A stretch of DNA of 64,000 bases, taken from assembly GCA_050251945.1 (NCBI GenBank), contig JBFWLW010000007.1, positions 32,001 through 96,000 on the forward strand, read 5' to 3'. Source of the stretch: Deferribacterales bacterium (GTDB lineage: Bacteria > Chrysiogenota > Deferribacteres > Deferribacterales > Geovibrionaceae). The notes below the pieces were generated by a model, which saw only the letters and a program-made list of their open reading frames with translations, ran no database searches and was not told where the DNA came from. Of this stretch, positions 31,217-41,219 are shown one piece after another (positions within the stretch are counted from its first letter, which is position 1; each line of letters opens with the position of its first letter). A program made the translations under genes and the position numbers.

Positions 31217-32779
31217 ATGAAAAACTTTTTTTACGATTACATAGTTCTTGGCAGCGGTGTCGCCGGACTTAGGGCGGCGATAGAGCTTGCCGAATACGGC
31301 AGTGTTGCTGTTGTGACTAAATGTTTTCTGGGGGAAAGTTCCTCCGAGTATGCTCAGGGCGGCGTTGCAGTCGCCCTTTCTGATGACGACGACATAACTC
31401 TGCACATAGAGGACACTTTGCGCGCAGGAGACGGGCTTTGCGACCTTAAAGCCGTTTCAACTCTCGTTGAAGAGGGACCGAAATACATCAAACAGCTTAT
31501 TTCATGGGGCGCGAAGTTCGATATGCACGGCGGTGTGCTGGAATTTTCGAGAGAGGCGGCGCACAGCGTCAACCGCATCATCCATGCGAAGGGAGACGCC
31601 ACCGGACATGAGATTGTCCGTACACTGAAAGAATATTCCAAAAACTTCGATAATATTGAGAAAATTGAATTCACATACGCTATAGATTTTATCAAAGATG
31701 CACCGGACAGCGTTTGCGGTGTTTTCGCTCTGGATGAAAAGACTCTGGAGTTCAAAAGCTATTACGCAAAAGCAGTCATCGTCGCCACAGGCGGCGCGGG
31801 CAGGCTTTTCAGACGCACTACAAACCCTGCTGTAGTCACTGGCGACGGAATGGCAATGGCTTTCCGCGCGGGTGCTGATATGCGCGATATGGAATTTTAT
31901 CAGTTCCACCCCACCGGGCTTTCCGTTAAAGGTGCGCCGGCGTTCCTTCTCAGCGAAGCGATGAGAGGTGAGGGCGGTATTCTGCGCAATGTAAATATGG
32001 AGCGGTTCGCGGCGAAATATCACCCCGACGGCGAACTTGCACCCAGAGACGTGGTCAGCCGCGCAATATTTTTCGAGATGAAACAGACCGGCGCAGACCA
32101 TGTTCTGCTTGATCTGACCCATCTGGAAAAGGACTTTGTGCGCAACAGATTCCCTAAAATTTACAATACCTGTCTGGAATATGACATAGATATAACCGTT
32201 AATCCGATACCGGTAAGCCCTGCGGCTCATTATTACATGGGCGGCATATACACCGACGAGTTCGGACGCTCCAGCCTGAAAGGGCTTTATGCATGCGGCG
32301 AGGCGGCATGCAACGGCGTTCACGGGGCAAACAGACTCGCCAGCAACTCACTGCTTGAAGGCGTGGTATATGGCGGCAGAAGTGCCGAAGCAGCCGCGGC
32401 GGATAACAAAGACAGAGTTGTTAAGGCGATGGAAATGCCTGAATTTGAAACCGTCAGCGAAGAGCGCGGCGAAATGATGATTGAAGACATTCAGGAATGT
32501 ATGTGGGATTGCGTGAGCGTTTCACGAAACGCGGCGGGACTTATCCGCGCGAAGGACTATCTTGGCGGCAATCTGGCGAAATATAAAAACTACGTTCCCA
32601 GAGACAGAACCACAGCCGAGATACGCAATATGCTGACAGTCGGACTTTTGATGGCGACCGCCGCAGACGAACGCAAAGGCAGCAGAGGCGGACACTACAG
32701 GGACGACTATCCCGACAGGATATCCGATAACTGGCACATCTATTTTCATAATGCCGAATTTAATCCCGTTAAAAACTAA
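31217..32779 (+). CDS. nadB: L-aspartate oxidase
   Basis: GSGVAG, AQGG, QFHPT, LAPRDVV, AHYYMGG, GANRLASNSL. Confidence 0.93.
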   Translation: MKNFFYDYIVLGSGVAGLRAAIELAEYGSVAVVTKCFLGESSSEYAQGGVAVALSDDDDITLHIEDTLRAGDGLCDLKAVSTLVEEGPKYIKQLISWGAKFDMHGGVLEFSREAAHSVNRIIHAKGDATGHEIVRTLKEYSKNFDNIEKIEFTYAIDFIKDAPDSVCGVFALDEKTLEFKSYYAKAVIVATGGAGRLFRRTTNPAVVTGDGMAMAFRAGADMRDMEFYQFHPTGLSVKGAPAFLLSEAMRGEGGILRNVNMERFAAKYHPDGELAPRDVVSRAIFFEMKQTGADHVLLDLTHLEKDFVRNRFPKIYNTCLEYDIDITVNPIPVSPAAHYYMGGIYTDEFGRSSLKGLYACGEAACNGVHGANRLASNSLLEGVVYGGRSAEAAAADNKDRVVKAMEMPEFETVSEERGEMMIEDIQECMWDCVSVSRNAAGLIRAKDYLGGNLAKYKNYVPRDRTTAEIRNMLTVGLLMATAADERKGSRGGHYRDDYPDRISDNWHIYFHNAEFNPVKN

Positions 32780-33434
32780 GAACAAACCATTAATAACAGC
32801 CGACGGCTCTATATCCCTCTATAGTATGGACTATAACGAGGGGTATAGAGCCAAAAGCGTAGGCGCGTTTACTGAAAGCCTGCATAAGTTCTATACCGCG
32901 AGCGGCATAGAACAGCTTTTGCAGGTGCAGGATGTGCGCCTGCTGGATATATGTCTGGGCGGCGGAAGCAACCTTGCCGTTACCCTTGACAGGATAATGA
33001 CCATGAAGCATCGCTACATGCTCCATATTGTCACCGTAGAGCGTCAGTCGTCGCTGTTTGACACTATCAGACAGAACAGATTTATGTGGCCCTACGGGGG
33101 CTATGAGCTTCTGAGAAAGCTTATAGTCGAAGGGCAGGCGGAGAACGTCCGGCTTGACATAGCCATTGGTGATGCGCGGAATATCATACGCGATATGCCG
33201 CTTAAATTTGATGTGGTGTATTTCGACCCGTTCGGCAAACGGAAGAATCCGGAGATGTGGACGGAGGCGGTTTTCAGAGACGTTTACAGGCTATGCACTG
33301 ATGTTGGCAGGGCGGCGACATACTCTTCCGGTCGGGAGATTCGGGAGGATTTTGTGCGCGCCGGATTCAGGTATACTGTGACGTCGAAGCCAGAGGGCGC
33401 TTTTCAGGAGGGTACGGTTTTTTATAAGTTCTGA
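32751..33434 (+). CDS. MnmD/MnmC-N-like tRNA methyltransferase
   Basis: TADGS, DICLGGG, YFDPF, KNPEMW, ATYS. Confidence 0.75.
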   Translation: MPNLIPLKTKNKPLITADGSISLYSMDYNEGYRAKSVGAFTESLHKFYTASGIEQLLQVQDVRLLDICLGGGSNLAVTLDRIMTMKHRYMLHIVTVERQSSLFDTIRQNRFMWPYGGYELLRKLIVEGQAENVRLDIAIGDARNIIRDMPLKFDVVYFDPFGKRKNPEMWTEAVFRDVYRLCTDVGRAATYSSGREIREDFVRAGFRYTVTSKPEGAFQEGTVFYKF

Positions 33435-33481
33435 CCGTGCTTTATGTTCTGACAAAAATAAAGAAAATTTGAAATAAGATG

Positions 33482-33510
33482 TTGACAACAGATTCGTGAT
33501 AAGCTATAAA
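33482..33510 (+). promoter_or_regulatory. Sigma-70 promoter of the first tRNA-Gly
   Basis: TTGACA-17-TATAAA. Confidence 0.75.
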
Positions 33511-33521
33511 AGCTACCTCAC

Positions 33522-33594
33522 GCGGGTATAGCTCAGTTGGTAGAGCGCGACCTTGCCAAGGTTGAGGTCACCGGTTCGAGTCCGGCTACCCGCT
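33522..33594 (+). tRNA. tRNA-Gly(GCC), CCA not encoded
   Basis: Cloverleaf; anticodon loop TTGCCAA; GGTTCGAGTCC T arm. Confidence 0.95.
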
Positions 33595-33641
33595 TTTTCA
33601 TAAGAGACCGGTTCTTTTTTACCGGTCTTTTTTTCCTTTAA

Positions 33642-33715
33642 GGCGACGTGGCCGAGTGGTTAGGCATCGGACTGCAAATCCGCGTACCCCAGTTCGATTC
33701 TGGGCGTCGCCTCCA
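33642..33715 (+). tRNA. tRNA-Cys(GCA) with encoded CCA
   Basis: GGCGACG/CGTCGCC acceptor stem; CTGCAAA anticodon loop; U73. Confidence 0.95.
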
Positions 33716-33847
33716 AACTTCTATTTTATAAATCATCTAAATGTCGTCATCTTAATACCCATAATTTATGTAGTTTTAATTCTTCTTATTTGTTAATCTA
33801 TAAGAATAATGTGATTATTTTCACATAATATGCATTTAGTATGATTT

Positions 33848-36172
33848 ATGGAGAGTGTTATGACACGTTCTGAGTGGCTTGGAATAATTACTACAGATAT
33901 CAGTAAGTTAAAAAATGAAGCTAACGAGAGAAAAAAAACGTGGAAAGAACTTTCAATATCAAGGATGGCTTTAGAAGAGTATCAAGGAAGAGGATGGTCG
34001 ATCGTTAGAGAACTTAAAAGAATCGTTAGAGTGAGAAAACTATGGGAACATGATGAAAGACTTGAAAATCGTGTTTGGTATTTACTTTTTTTGCTTGGTT
34101 TTTCAGAAATGAGTTTGGGAAGAAATTTTGAAGTAACAATTAAAAAAAGAGACGCTGAAAGCTATAGGAAACAAATCGACGTGTTAGCTAAAGATGATGA
34201 GACCGTTGTTATTGCAGAATGTAAGTCTTCAGATTCTATATCAAAAAATAGTCTTCAAAAAGACATTGAAGAATATGAAAATTTAAAAGGAGCCATTGCT
34301 AATGCTGTGAATAAGCATTATGGAAATACAAAAAAACTGAAAATATTATGGCTGTTTGTAACTAATAATTTTGCTTGGTCAGATACAGACAAAAAGAGGG
34401 CAAATGATGCGAATATTCATGTCGTCACAGAAAAAGAACTCAGATACTATTTACAAATTGCAGATCATTTAAAGAACGCAGCACGTTTTCAATTTTTAGC
34501 TGAGTTTTTAAAAAATCAGAAAATACCCGAAATGGAGAATATTACCGTTCCTGCTGTAAAGGGAAAATTAGGAGGAAAAACTTATTATTCTTTTGTTTCG
34601 ACTCCGCGTCAGATGTTAAAAATAGTTTTTGTTAATCATCGATCCTTAAATGATCCATCTGGAGCTCCAGCTTATCAACGACTTGTAAGCAAAACGAGAC
34701 TTAAAGAAGTTGCAAAATTTATTGTTTCAGGAGGATTCTTTCCAACTAATATATTAGTTAACTTCGAAAAGAAATGTAGATTTGATGGCATAGCAAAAGA
34801 TGAAAAAACTAATGTTATATTTGGCAATTTATACTTGCCTAATCGATATAAATCAGCATGGATTATTGATGGACAGCATAGGTTGTATGGCTTTTCTCCT
34901 TTGGAAGATAAATATCTTGATCAAAATATTATGGTAATTGCATTCGAGGAGCTTAGGAAAGAAGAAGAAGCTAACTTATTTGTAACGATAAACCATGAGC
35001 AGAAATCAGTTCCAAAAACATTATTAGACGATTTAGAAGGTGAGCTTAAATGGGGATCGGATAAAGCACATGAAAGAATTGGTGCAATATGCGCTAGACT
35101 CATCGGCCTACTTAACACAGATATTGGTGAACCTTTATACGGTTGTGTTACTCAACAAGGGATGGTTCCTACAGAGAAAACTTGTTTAACTGTACCTGCT
35201 TTAAAAGAGGGACTAATTAAATCTGGACTAGTAGGTACTGTTGAAGTTAAAACGAAGGAATATCTTAAAGGTCCTTTGAGTGGTAGTGATGATAATGAAA
35301 CTCTTGATAATGCAAGAAGTTTTATAAATTCCTATTTCCAAATATTCGTCGAGGCAAACCCCAATATGTGGGAATTAGGGCGAAAAGGTTATATTTGTTC
35401 AAATGTGTCTTTACAAGCACATTTTTTATTAATCAAAGAATCTATATCTTATATTAAAGATAAGGATAATCCAAACATTGATGATGTATCTGTTGAAGAA
35501 TTATTTGATAAGTTAGTCAAATTTATATCACCAATTCTAGAATGGTTTCATTTAGCTGATTTAAAAATGTTAGAATCAAATTTTAAGGTACAGTATGGAG
35601 CAGGAGGTCCAAAAGAGTATTTTTATAGATTGTCAGAAATATTACGCAAAACACACCACAATTTTAATCCATGCGGTTTTGATGAGTGGTTAGAAGAACA
35701 ATCAGAAGAGTTAGTTAGCGAAGCTAACAGAAAGATAAAAGAATTGAATATAAAAGTTCAAAAAACCATATTTGATATTCTCAGAGAAACTTATGGCGAT
35801 GAAAATGACGCTTATTGGGATAAAGGTATCAAAGATAAAGAAATTAAAGCTGGTGCCTATAAAAAATCTCTTGAGGATTCAATGGAAGAGAGATTACCAC
35901 TTGAAAATTATCTAGAATTTATTGAGTATAAGAAAATTGTTGAAAATAAAGACCATTGGTTACTATTCAAACAATACTTTAATATTCCAGAAAAAGGAGA
36001 AAAAGGAATATCGAAAAATTTAAAATGGATGGATAGAATCAATGAACTCCGAAGAATTCCAGCTCATCCTACTGAAAAAAGGCAGTACAAATCTAAAGAT
36101 TTTGAATATATCAATTACATATACACAAATTTTATGAGAATGATATCAGAACGAGAGAAGATTAATGATTAA
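33848..36172 (+). CDS. DGQHR-domain protein with N-terminal PD-(D/E)xK nuclease-like and C-terminal HEPN-like domains
   Basis: QIDVLA…IAECK; YQRL, IIDGQHRL, FVTINHEQK; NELRRIPAH (Rx4H); AT-rich. Confidence 0.8.
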   Translation: MESVMTRSEWLGIITTDISKLKNEANERKKTWKELSISRMALEEYQGRGWSIVRELKRIVRVRKLWEHDERLENRVWYLLFLLGFSEMSLGRNFEVTIKKRDAESYRKQIDVLAKDDETVVIAECKSSDSISKNSLQKDIEEYENLKGAIANAVNKHYGNTKKLKILWLFVTNNFAWSDTDKKRANDANIHVVTEKELRYYLQIADHLKNAARFQFLAEFLKNQKIPEMENITVPAVKGKLGGKTYYSFVSTPRQMLKIVFVNHRSLNDPSGAPAYQRLVSKTRLKEVAKFIVSGGFFPTNILVNFEKKCRFDGIAKDEKTNVIFGNLYLPNRYKSAWIIDGQHRLYGFSPLEDKYLDQNIMVIAFEELRKEEEANLFVTINHEQKSVPKTLLDDLEGELKWGSDKAHERIGAICARLIGLLNTDIGEPLYGCVTQQGMVPTEKTCLTVPALKEGLIKSGLVGTVEVKTKEYLKGPLSGSDDNETLDNARSFINSYFQIFVEANPNMWELGRKGYICSNVSLQAHFLLIKESISYIKDKDNPNIDDVSVEELFDKLVKFISPILEWFHLADLKMLESNFKVQYGAGGPKEYFYRLSEILRKTHHNFNPCGFDEWLEEQSEELVSEANRKIKELNIKVQKTIFDILRETYGDENDAYWDKGIKDKEIKAGAYKKSLEDSMEERLPLENYLEFIEYKKIVENKDHWLLFKQYFNIPEKGEKGISKNLKWMDRINELRRIPAHPTEKRQYKSKDFEYINYIYTNFMRMISEREKIND

Positions 36173-36986
36173 TAATAAAGATGTTTCTCCTTTTCTCCGT
36201 TGGGCAGGAGGGAAGCGTTGGTTGGTATTCAATAATTCAAGTATATTTAATATAAATTACAAAAAATATATCGAACCTTTTTTAGGTAGTGCTTCTGTCT
36301 TCTTTTTTTGTAATCCTATGCAATCAGTATTGTCTGACAAAAATAAAGATCTAATTGATGTTTACAGGGCAATAAAGCAAGATTGGAAAAAAGTTATTTC
36401 TCTATTAAATTATTATAATATAAAACATTCAAAAGATTTTTATTATACGGAAAGATCTGTTGATTACAAAGATTTGTTTTTAAAAGCGGCTCAATTTATT
36501 TATTTGAATCGGACTTGCTGGAATGGTTTATATCGTGTTAATAATGCTGGAAAGTTTAATGTTCCTATTGGAACAAAACAAACAGTTATAACTAAAGGGG
36601 ATAAGTTTGAGCTTATTTCACAGCGTTTAGCCAACGCATTGCTGATTGATGGAGATTTTGAGAGTGTCATTGATAATGCAGAAGAAGACGATTTGATTTT
36701 CATTGATCCGCCATATACTGTCAATCATAACAAAAATGGTTTTCTAAAATATAATGAAAAAATATTCAGTTGGCAGGATCAATTGAGATTATCAAATTGT
36801 GTTAAAAGAGCAAAAGAAAGGGGGGTGAAAATTATTTTGACAAACGCCAACCATTCTTCAATTGTTGAGTTATATGAAGTAGGCTTTTCCTTGAGAGAAG
36901 TAAGCAGAGCAAGTGTTTTGGCTGGCAATGCAAAATATCGTGGAAAAGTTACAGAGCTGATTATAACAGCTAATATCAATGTCTAG
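36165..36986 (+). CDS. Dam/D12-class N6-adenine DNA methyltransferase
   Basis: WAGGKRW, EPFLGSASV, NGLYRVN, FNVPIG, DPPY. Confidence 0.92.
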   Translation: MINNKDVSPFLRWAGGKRWLVFNNSSIFNINYKKYIEPFLGSASVFFFCNPMQSVLSDKNKDLIDVYRAIKQDWKKVISLLNYYNIKHSKDFYYTERSVDYKDLFLKAAQFIYLNRTCWNGLYRVNNAGKFNVPIGTKQTVITKGDKFELISQRLANALLIDGDFESVIDNAEEDDLIFIDPPYTVNHNKNGFLKYNEKIFSWQDQLRLSNCVKRAKERGVKIILTNANHSSIVELYEVGFSLREVSRASVLAGNAKYRGKVTELIITANINV

Positions 36987-36990
36987 CTTT

Positions 36991-38166
36991 TTACCGCTCC
37001 ATCGTCACCACACCGTCGGAAAAGTGAATATATTCCGGTATGAAAGTAACGGGTTTATCCGGTGTTTCGGGTATTAAGCCCTGATCTTCCAACGCATTTC
37101 TTACCTTCGCCGCGTTTGCGTAAAGTTCGTCATTTTCATTATTGGAAATGAACGTGATACTTCCGCTGCCGTCCTTCATAGTAACTGTCAGTTCTTTGTA
37201 TCCTGTGTTTTCATTAACTGATTCAAGGATATCCACCTCGTCTTTGGAAATGCTTCGCATGTCTAGGATAGTGTCCTGATTTGCAATGTTCACTATGTCG
37301 TGTCCGTCGCCTTTTTCGTATTGAATGATGTTTGCGCTTCCGCTGTAATCATCAAGCCGCAAAGTTGATATCATATTTATTATGTCGTTGCCTGTGCCGC
37401 CTGAAATTATGCCTGCACCGTTTATTATATCGTTGCCTTCGTCGCCCTTAATGAGACCGGAACCCCTGATTATATCATCCCCGGTGCCGCCGGATATCGT
37501 TCCGTATCCGCTTATGGTGTCGTCTCCTTCACCTCCGCGTACAATACCGGAACCATTAATTATGTCGTCTCCGTCTCCGCCGTCGATAATTCCTGCGCCT
37601 CTTATTATGTCGTCGCCTGTACCTCCGTCAATAATGGACTGTTGGCTCCTCATGATTATTGTGTCATTGCCCTCTCCGCCATCTACATATGATTTCGGTG
37701 TATTATCATGCAAAGGCACTTCCCAAGGTTCCAGAACACGAAGATTAAAGCTCATATTATTGATGATTATCTCGTCGTTTCCGTCGCCGCCGTTTACCGT
37801 AACGTTCTTTGCATGAACAATATTTATAGTATCGTCTCCCTCGCCGCCGTCCACGGACGAGTTGCGGATGTTGGAGAGATAAAAGCCGTCGTCACCCTTA
37901 CCGCCGTTCAGCTTTGAATCAATAAGGTCCTTTGCGCGTATCTCGTCGTTTCCGTCGCTGCCATCAACAACAATAGTTTCGTAATTTGCTTTCATCTTCT
38001 GCATTGCGGCTATCTCAACCTTGTCCACAATCTCACGTACAGTGCGCATCATATCGGTTTCAATACCCACAGACTGCATCAGGTTGGCAGATATCTTCCT
38101 GTTGTTTGTCTGCTGGATTTCCGGTTGATTCACATGGTTGAAGATTTCAGAACCTGATATTTTCAT
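36991..38166 (-). CDS. Ca2+-binding GGxGxD (RTX-like) repeat protein
   Basis: About 10 GGxGxD repeats; C-terminal GDGHDIV…IHFSDG; start MKISG at 38166. Confidence 0.8.
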   Translation of the reverse strand: MKISGSEIFNHVNQPEIQQTNNRKISANLMQSVGIETDMMRTVREIVDKVEIAAMQKMKANYETIVVDGSDGNDEIRAKDLIDSKLNGGKGDDGFYLSNIRNSSVDGGEGDDTINIVHAKNVTVNGGDGNDEIIINNMSFNLRVLEPWEVPLHDNTPKSYVDGGEGNDTIIMRSQQSIIDGGTGDDIIRGAGIIDGGDGDDIINGSGIVRGGEGDDTISGYGTISGGTGDDIIRGSGLIKGDEGNDIINGAGIISGGTGNDIINMISTLRLDDYSGSANIIQYEKGDGHDIVNIANQDTILDMRSISKDEVDILESVNENTGYKELTVTMKDGSGSITFISNNENDELYANAAKVRNALEDQGLIPETPDKPVTFIPEYIHFSDGVVTMER

Positions 38167-38373
38167 AGGAAGCCTCAATGTGTAGAAATTGTGAAGATAT
38201 AATGGATGTATCGAACACATGTTGGTTTCCTTAAGATAAATCAGTATGAGGACTGCAATCAATTATACAGTGTTACAGGTTTGGGAACGGTTGATATGTC
38301 AGGGTAAGAGCCGCGCGGTTTTTTGCTTCATAAGCGGGAGTTTAAGAATCTGATGAAATAATTAAAAATGTTG

Positions 38374-38402
38374 TTGACACACGGGGAAGATTCTAATATA
38401 AA
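38374..38402 (+). promoter_or_regulatory. Sigma-70 promoter of the second tRNA-Gly
   Basis: TTGACA-17-TATAAA. Confidence 0.7.
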
Positions 38403-38414
38403 AATACCTCGCCC

Positions 38415-38487
38415 GCGGGTATAGCTCAGTTGGTAGAGCGCGACCTTGCCAAGGTTGAGGTCACCGGTTCGAGTCCGGCTACCCGCT
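38415..38487 (+). tRNA. tRNA-Gly(GCC), identical to 33522-33594
   Basis: 73/73 identity to the first copy. Confidence 0.95.
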
Positions 38488-38492
38488 CTTTC

Positions 38493-38894
38493 TTAAAACC
38501 TGTCTTTATGGCAGGTTTTTTTTGTCTCATCTTCACAATCAAACGCATCTGCAATAGCTTTCACAACGTTATGGTGAATCGGTCTGTCTCTTTCTTTCAT
38601 ATGTCGATGGTTAATTATCAATCTTTTTATCTGATCGTTGAAATTGTCATTGTCAATTGTCGATATTTCTGGAAAAAAAGAAATGATAGAGCAATTAAGT
38701 GCGTGCGCAATACGTTCAAGACTGATTATTGTCAGGTTGCTTTTGCCGCATTCAATCTCAGATATTGTCGTTGTGTGCAGGTCTGCCATTTCTGCAAGCT
38801 TTTCCTGTGAATACCCTTTGCGTTTTCTGAGCATTCTGACAGTCTCCCCGATTGACGTTAAAAGAGTTGAGTTTTGTATATTTTGTTTGCTCAT
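38493..38894 (-). CDS. XRE-family HTH regulator (resembles RM controller proteins)
   Basis: LRKRKGYSQEKLAEMADLHTTTISEIECGKSN. Confidence 0.85.
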   Translation of the reverse strand: MSKQNIQNSTLLTSIGETVRMLRKRKGYSQEKLAEMADLHTTTISEIECGKSNLTIISLERIAHALNCSIISFFPEISTIDNDNFNDQIKRLIINHRHMKERDRPIHHNVVKAIADAFDCEDETKKTCHKDRF

Positions 38895-39294
38895 GACACT
38901 ATGTATAAGCGTTATCTGGGATATATCCAATAGGATAAAATAAGTCATATTTGGTTTGACATAGGCTTTAACCTATGATAATAACTTAATTACGCAAAAT
39001 AATTCCCTATACGTTTATAGACGTCGTATATCCGTTTTGAGTGCTTTGCGTTAGATATTTTACTAATAATTAATTATTTTTTACTGAAATATGTTGATAT
39101 ACGCTCATGTTTTTTATTGATATTTATATCATAACGTTGAGATAAAGTAAATCTTGTTTTGTTTAGCGGAGCAGGTTCACTTGGGGGTATTATATTTGCT
39201 ATGTGTAAAAAAATGCTGACTATATTTTGTGTCTTATTATTTAACAGTAGATCAAAATGTATGCATTATGTGCATATGCTCTTAGGGGGTGCAT

Positions 39295-41145
39295 ATGTTG
39301 AAGAATGTGAATCTTTCAAAAAAGCTGTTCATTGGTTTCGGTATTGTTTTGGCACTGCTCACGGTCATAAGCCTGCTGAGTTTCAACAGGATGTTGTTTA
39401 TTTCCAAATTAGTTGAGAAAAGAGATATGTTTACGCATATTGAAAAACTCATATACGATGCTAGACTTAATCAGGTGAAATTTACCATTTTTAACGATGA
39501 ACAATATATTGGTGTCGTTCAGAAAAATCTGAGTGACGCTGTTGAGGTTGCCCAGCTTGACCTCACAAAATACGCAACTTCCGACGATCTTGAAAAACTT
39601 AAAGAGATAACAACCCGTATCAACGAATATAAGGACAGTTTTGACAAGTACGTCGGCGAGGCGCAAGAGCAGGAGAGGCTAAAAGAACAGTTAAATTCTT
39701 CTGCTGAAAATGTTTTTGCTCTGGCAGACAAAATAGGCTCTGACGATATAATAAAAAATCTTCTGCAGATGCGGCTTTATGCGTTCCGCTATCTTATGTC
39801 TCAAAGTCAGGATCTTTTCGACGGACAGCAGAAAAGCTATGCAAAGGTTTTAGCAATAGCGTCTGCAAACCCTATGTCGAATGATGCGTCAACTGACATT
39901 GGAAAACTTACGGCATCGCTTAAAAGCTATGATCACGATTTTCATAACATTGCGGAAAGCCTTAAAAAGCGTTCCGGGTTTCAGACCTTAATGATGGAAA
40001 GCGCCATGGCGGCACAGAAGATATGCGGAGATGCGTCCGCACAGGAGCGCACAGCAATGGATTCGTCCATAAACGTAGCTCTTATGTTTGTCGGTGTGTT
40101 TTCGGTGATAGCGATTGTTTGCGGAATAATCATAGGTATTATCATTACAAAATCCGTAACGGTTCCAATGACAAAGGCTGTGAATTTTGCCAACACACTT
40201 TCGGACGGCGATTTTACAGTTAAGCTGGACATCAACCAGAAGGACGAGATAGGTCAGTTTGCCAGCGCGCTTGAAAATATGAAGATAAAACTCCACGATG
40301 TAATAGAGGGTATTGTGCATTCATCAAATACACTTGCTTCGGGCAGCACTGAGCTTGCAAGCACCACAGAGGAACTGGCAAGTACATTCACCGAGCAGAC
40401 CGGACAGGTCAACGGTGTCGCATCCGCAGTGGAGCAGATAAGCACTTCATCATCACAGGTTTTAAGCTCCATAAACGACGTGACTTCAAAGTCCGAGGCG
40501 GCGAGAAATCTTACGAATGAAGGAAAGGGATGCATAGACATGGCGAACCGTGTCATGGGTGACATACAGCAGAATGTCACCGCGCTTAGCCGGACTGTAG
40601 ACGGGCTTTCGCAGTCATCAAAGGAGATAAGCAGTATTCTGCTTGTTATAAACGATATAGCCGACCAGACCAACCTGCTGGCGCTTAACGCGGCTATTGA
40701 AGCGGCGAGGGCAGGGGAACACGGCAGAGGTTTCGCCGTTGTTGCCGACGAGGTGAGGAAACTTGCCGAGCGCACACAGCAGTCCATATCGGAGATTGAA
40801 AGAATTATTTCGTCCTTCGTTGTTGAGACAAACAGAACAAACGAGGACATGCAGCTTGCGGGAACACGGGTGAACGAGGGCGTTGAGACGCTTGCCTCCA
40901 CGGATAAGATATTTGAAAAGATAGTCCGTGCGGTTGAGGAGATTAACAGCTCAAGCCTTATGATAACAACAGCCGTGCAGGAACAGACTTCTGCAATTAA
41001 CAATATAAACGACAATACGCAGGTGATATCATCAGGTCTCGAACAGAGTTCTGCGGCACTGACACAGGTGTCCGCCACAGTTGCCGACCTGCAGAAGCAG
41101 GCGGACGACCAGATGAGCGTAACAAAGATGTTCAGGATAAATTGA
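39295..41145 (+). CDS. Methyl-accepting chemotaxis protein, close paralog of 14599-16413
   Basis: 2 TM, HAMP, MCP signature. Confidence 0.95.
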   Translation: MLKNVNLSKKLFIGFGIVLALLTVISLLSFNRMLFISKLVEKRDMFTHIEKLIYDARLNQVKFTIFNDEQYIGVVQKNLSDAVEVAQLDLTKYATSDDLEKLKEITTRINEYKDSFDKYVGEAQEQERLKEQLNSSAENVFALADKIGSDDIIKNLLQMRLYAFRYLMSQSQDLFDGQQKSYAKVLAIASANPMSNDASTDIGKLTASLKSYDHDFHNIAESLKKRSGFQTLMMESAMAAQKICGDASAQERTAMDSSINVALMFVGVFSVIAIVCGIIIGIIITKSVTVPMTKAVNFANTLSDGDFTVKLDINQKDEIGQFASALENMKIKLHDVIEGIVHSSNTLASGSTELASTTEELASTFTEQTGQVNGVASAVEQISTSSSQVLSSINDVTSKSEAARNLTNEGKGCIDMANRVMGDIQQNVTALSRTVDGLSQSSKEISSILLVINDIADQTNLLALNAAIEAARAGEHGRGFAVVADEVRKLAERTQQSISEIERIISSFVVETNRTNEDMQLAGTRVNEGVETLASTDKIFEKIVRAVEEINSSSLMITTAVQEQTSAINNINDNTQVISSGLEQSSAALTQVSATVADLQKQADDQMSVTKMFRIN

Positions 41146-41194
41146 GACTGTGCCTTATATTAAACACACAAAAATGGTACAGTTCTCCGGTGCG

Positions 41195-41219
41195 GACCCC
41201 GCTTCGGCGGGGTCTTTTT
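41195..41219 (+). terminator. Terminator
   Basis: GACCCCGC-TTCG-GCGGGGTC-TTTTT. Confidence 0.85.

Noticed and set aside
33848..36172. Classical Dnd phosphorothioation or Dpd cluster
   Set aside because: No dndACDE, dndFGH or dpd genes flank the DGQHR gene in this window
33720..38410. Prophage or integrase-driven island with att duplication
   Set aside because: No integrase or phage genes and no partial copy of the tRNA-Cys 3' end found; both tRNA-Gly copies are full length with their own promoters
38430..38810. 126-aa plus-strand ORF
   Set aside because: It starts inside tRNA-Gly and overlaps the XRE gene on the antisense strand
38990..39290. c-di-GMP riboswitch upstream of the MCP
   Set aside because: I could not find the GEMM core motifs; only a weak generic hairpin is present
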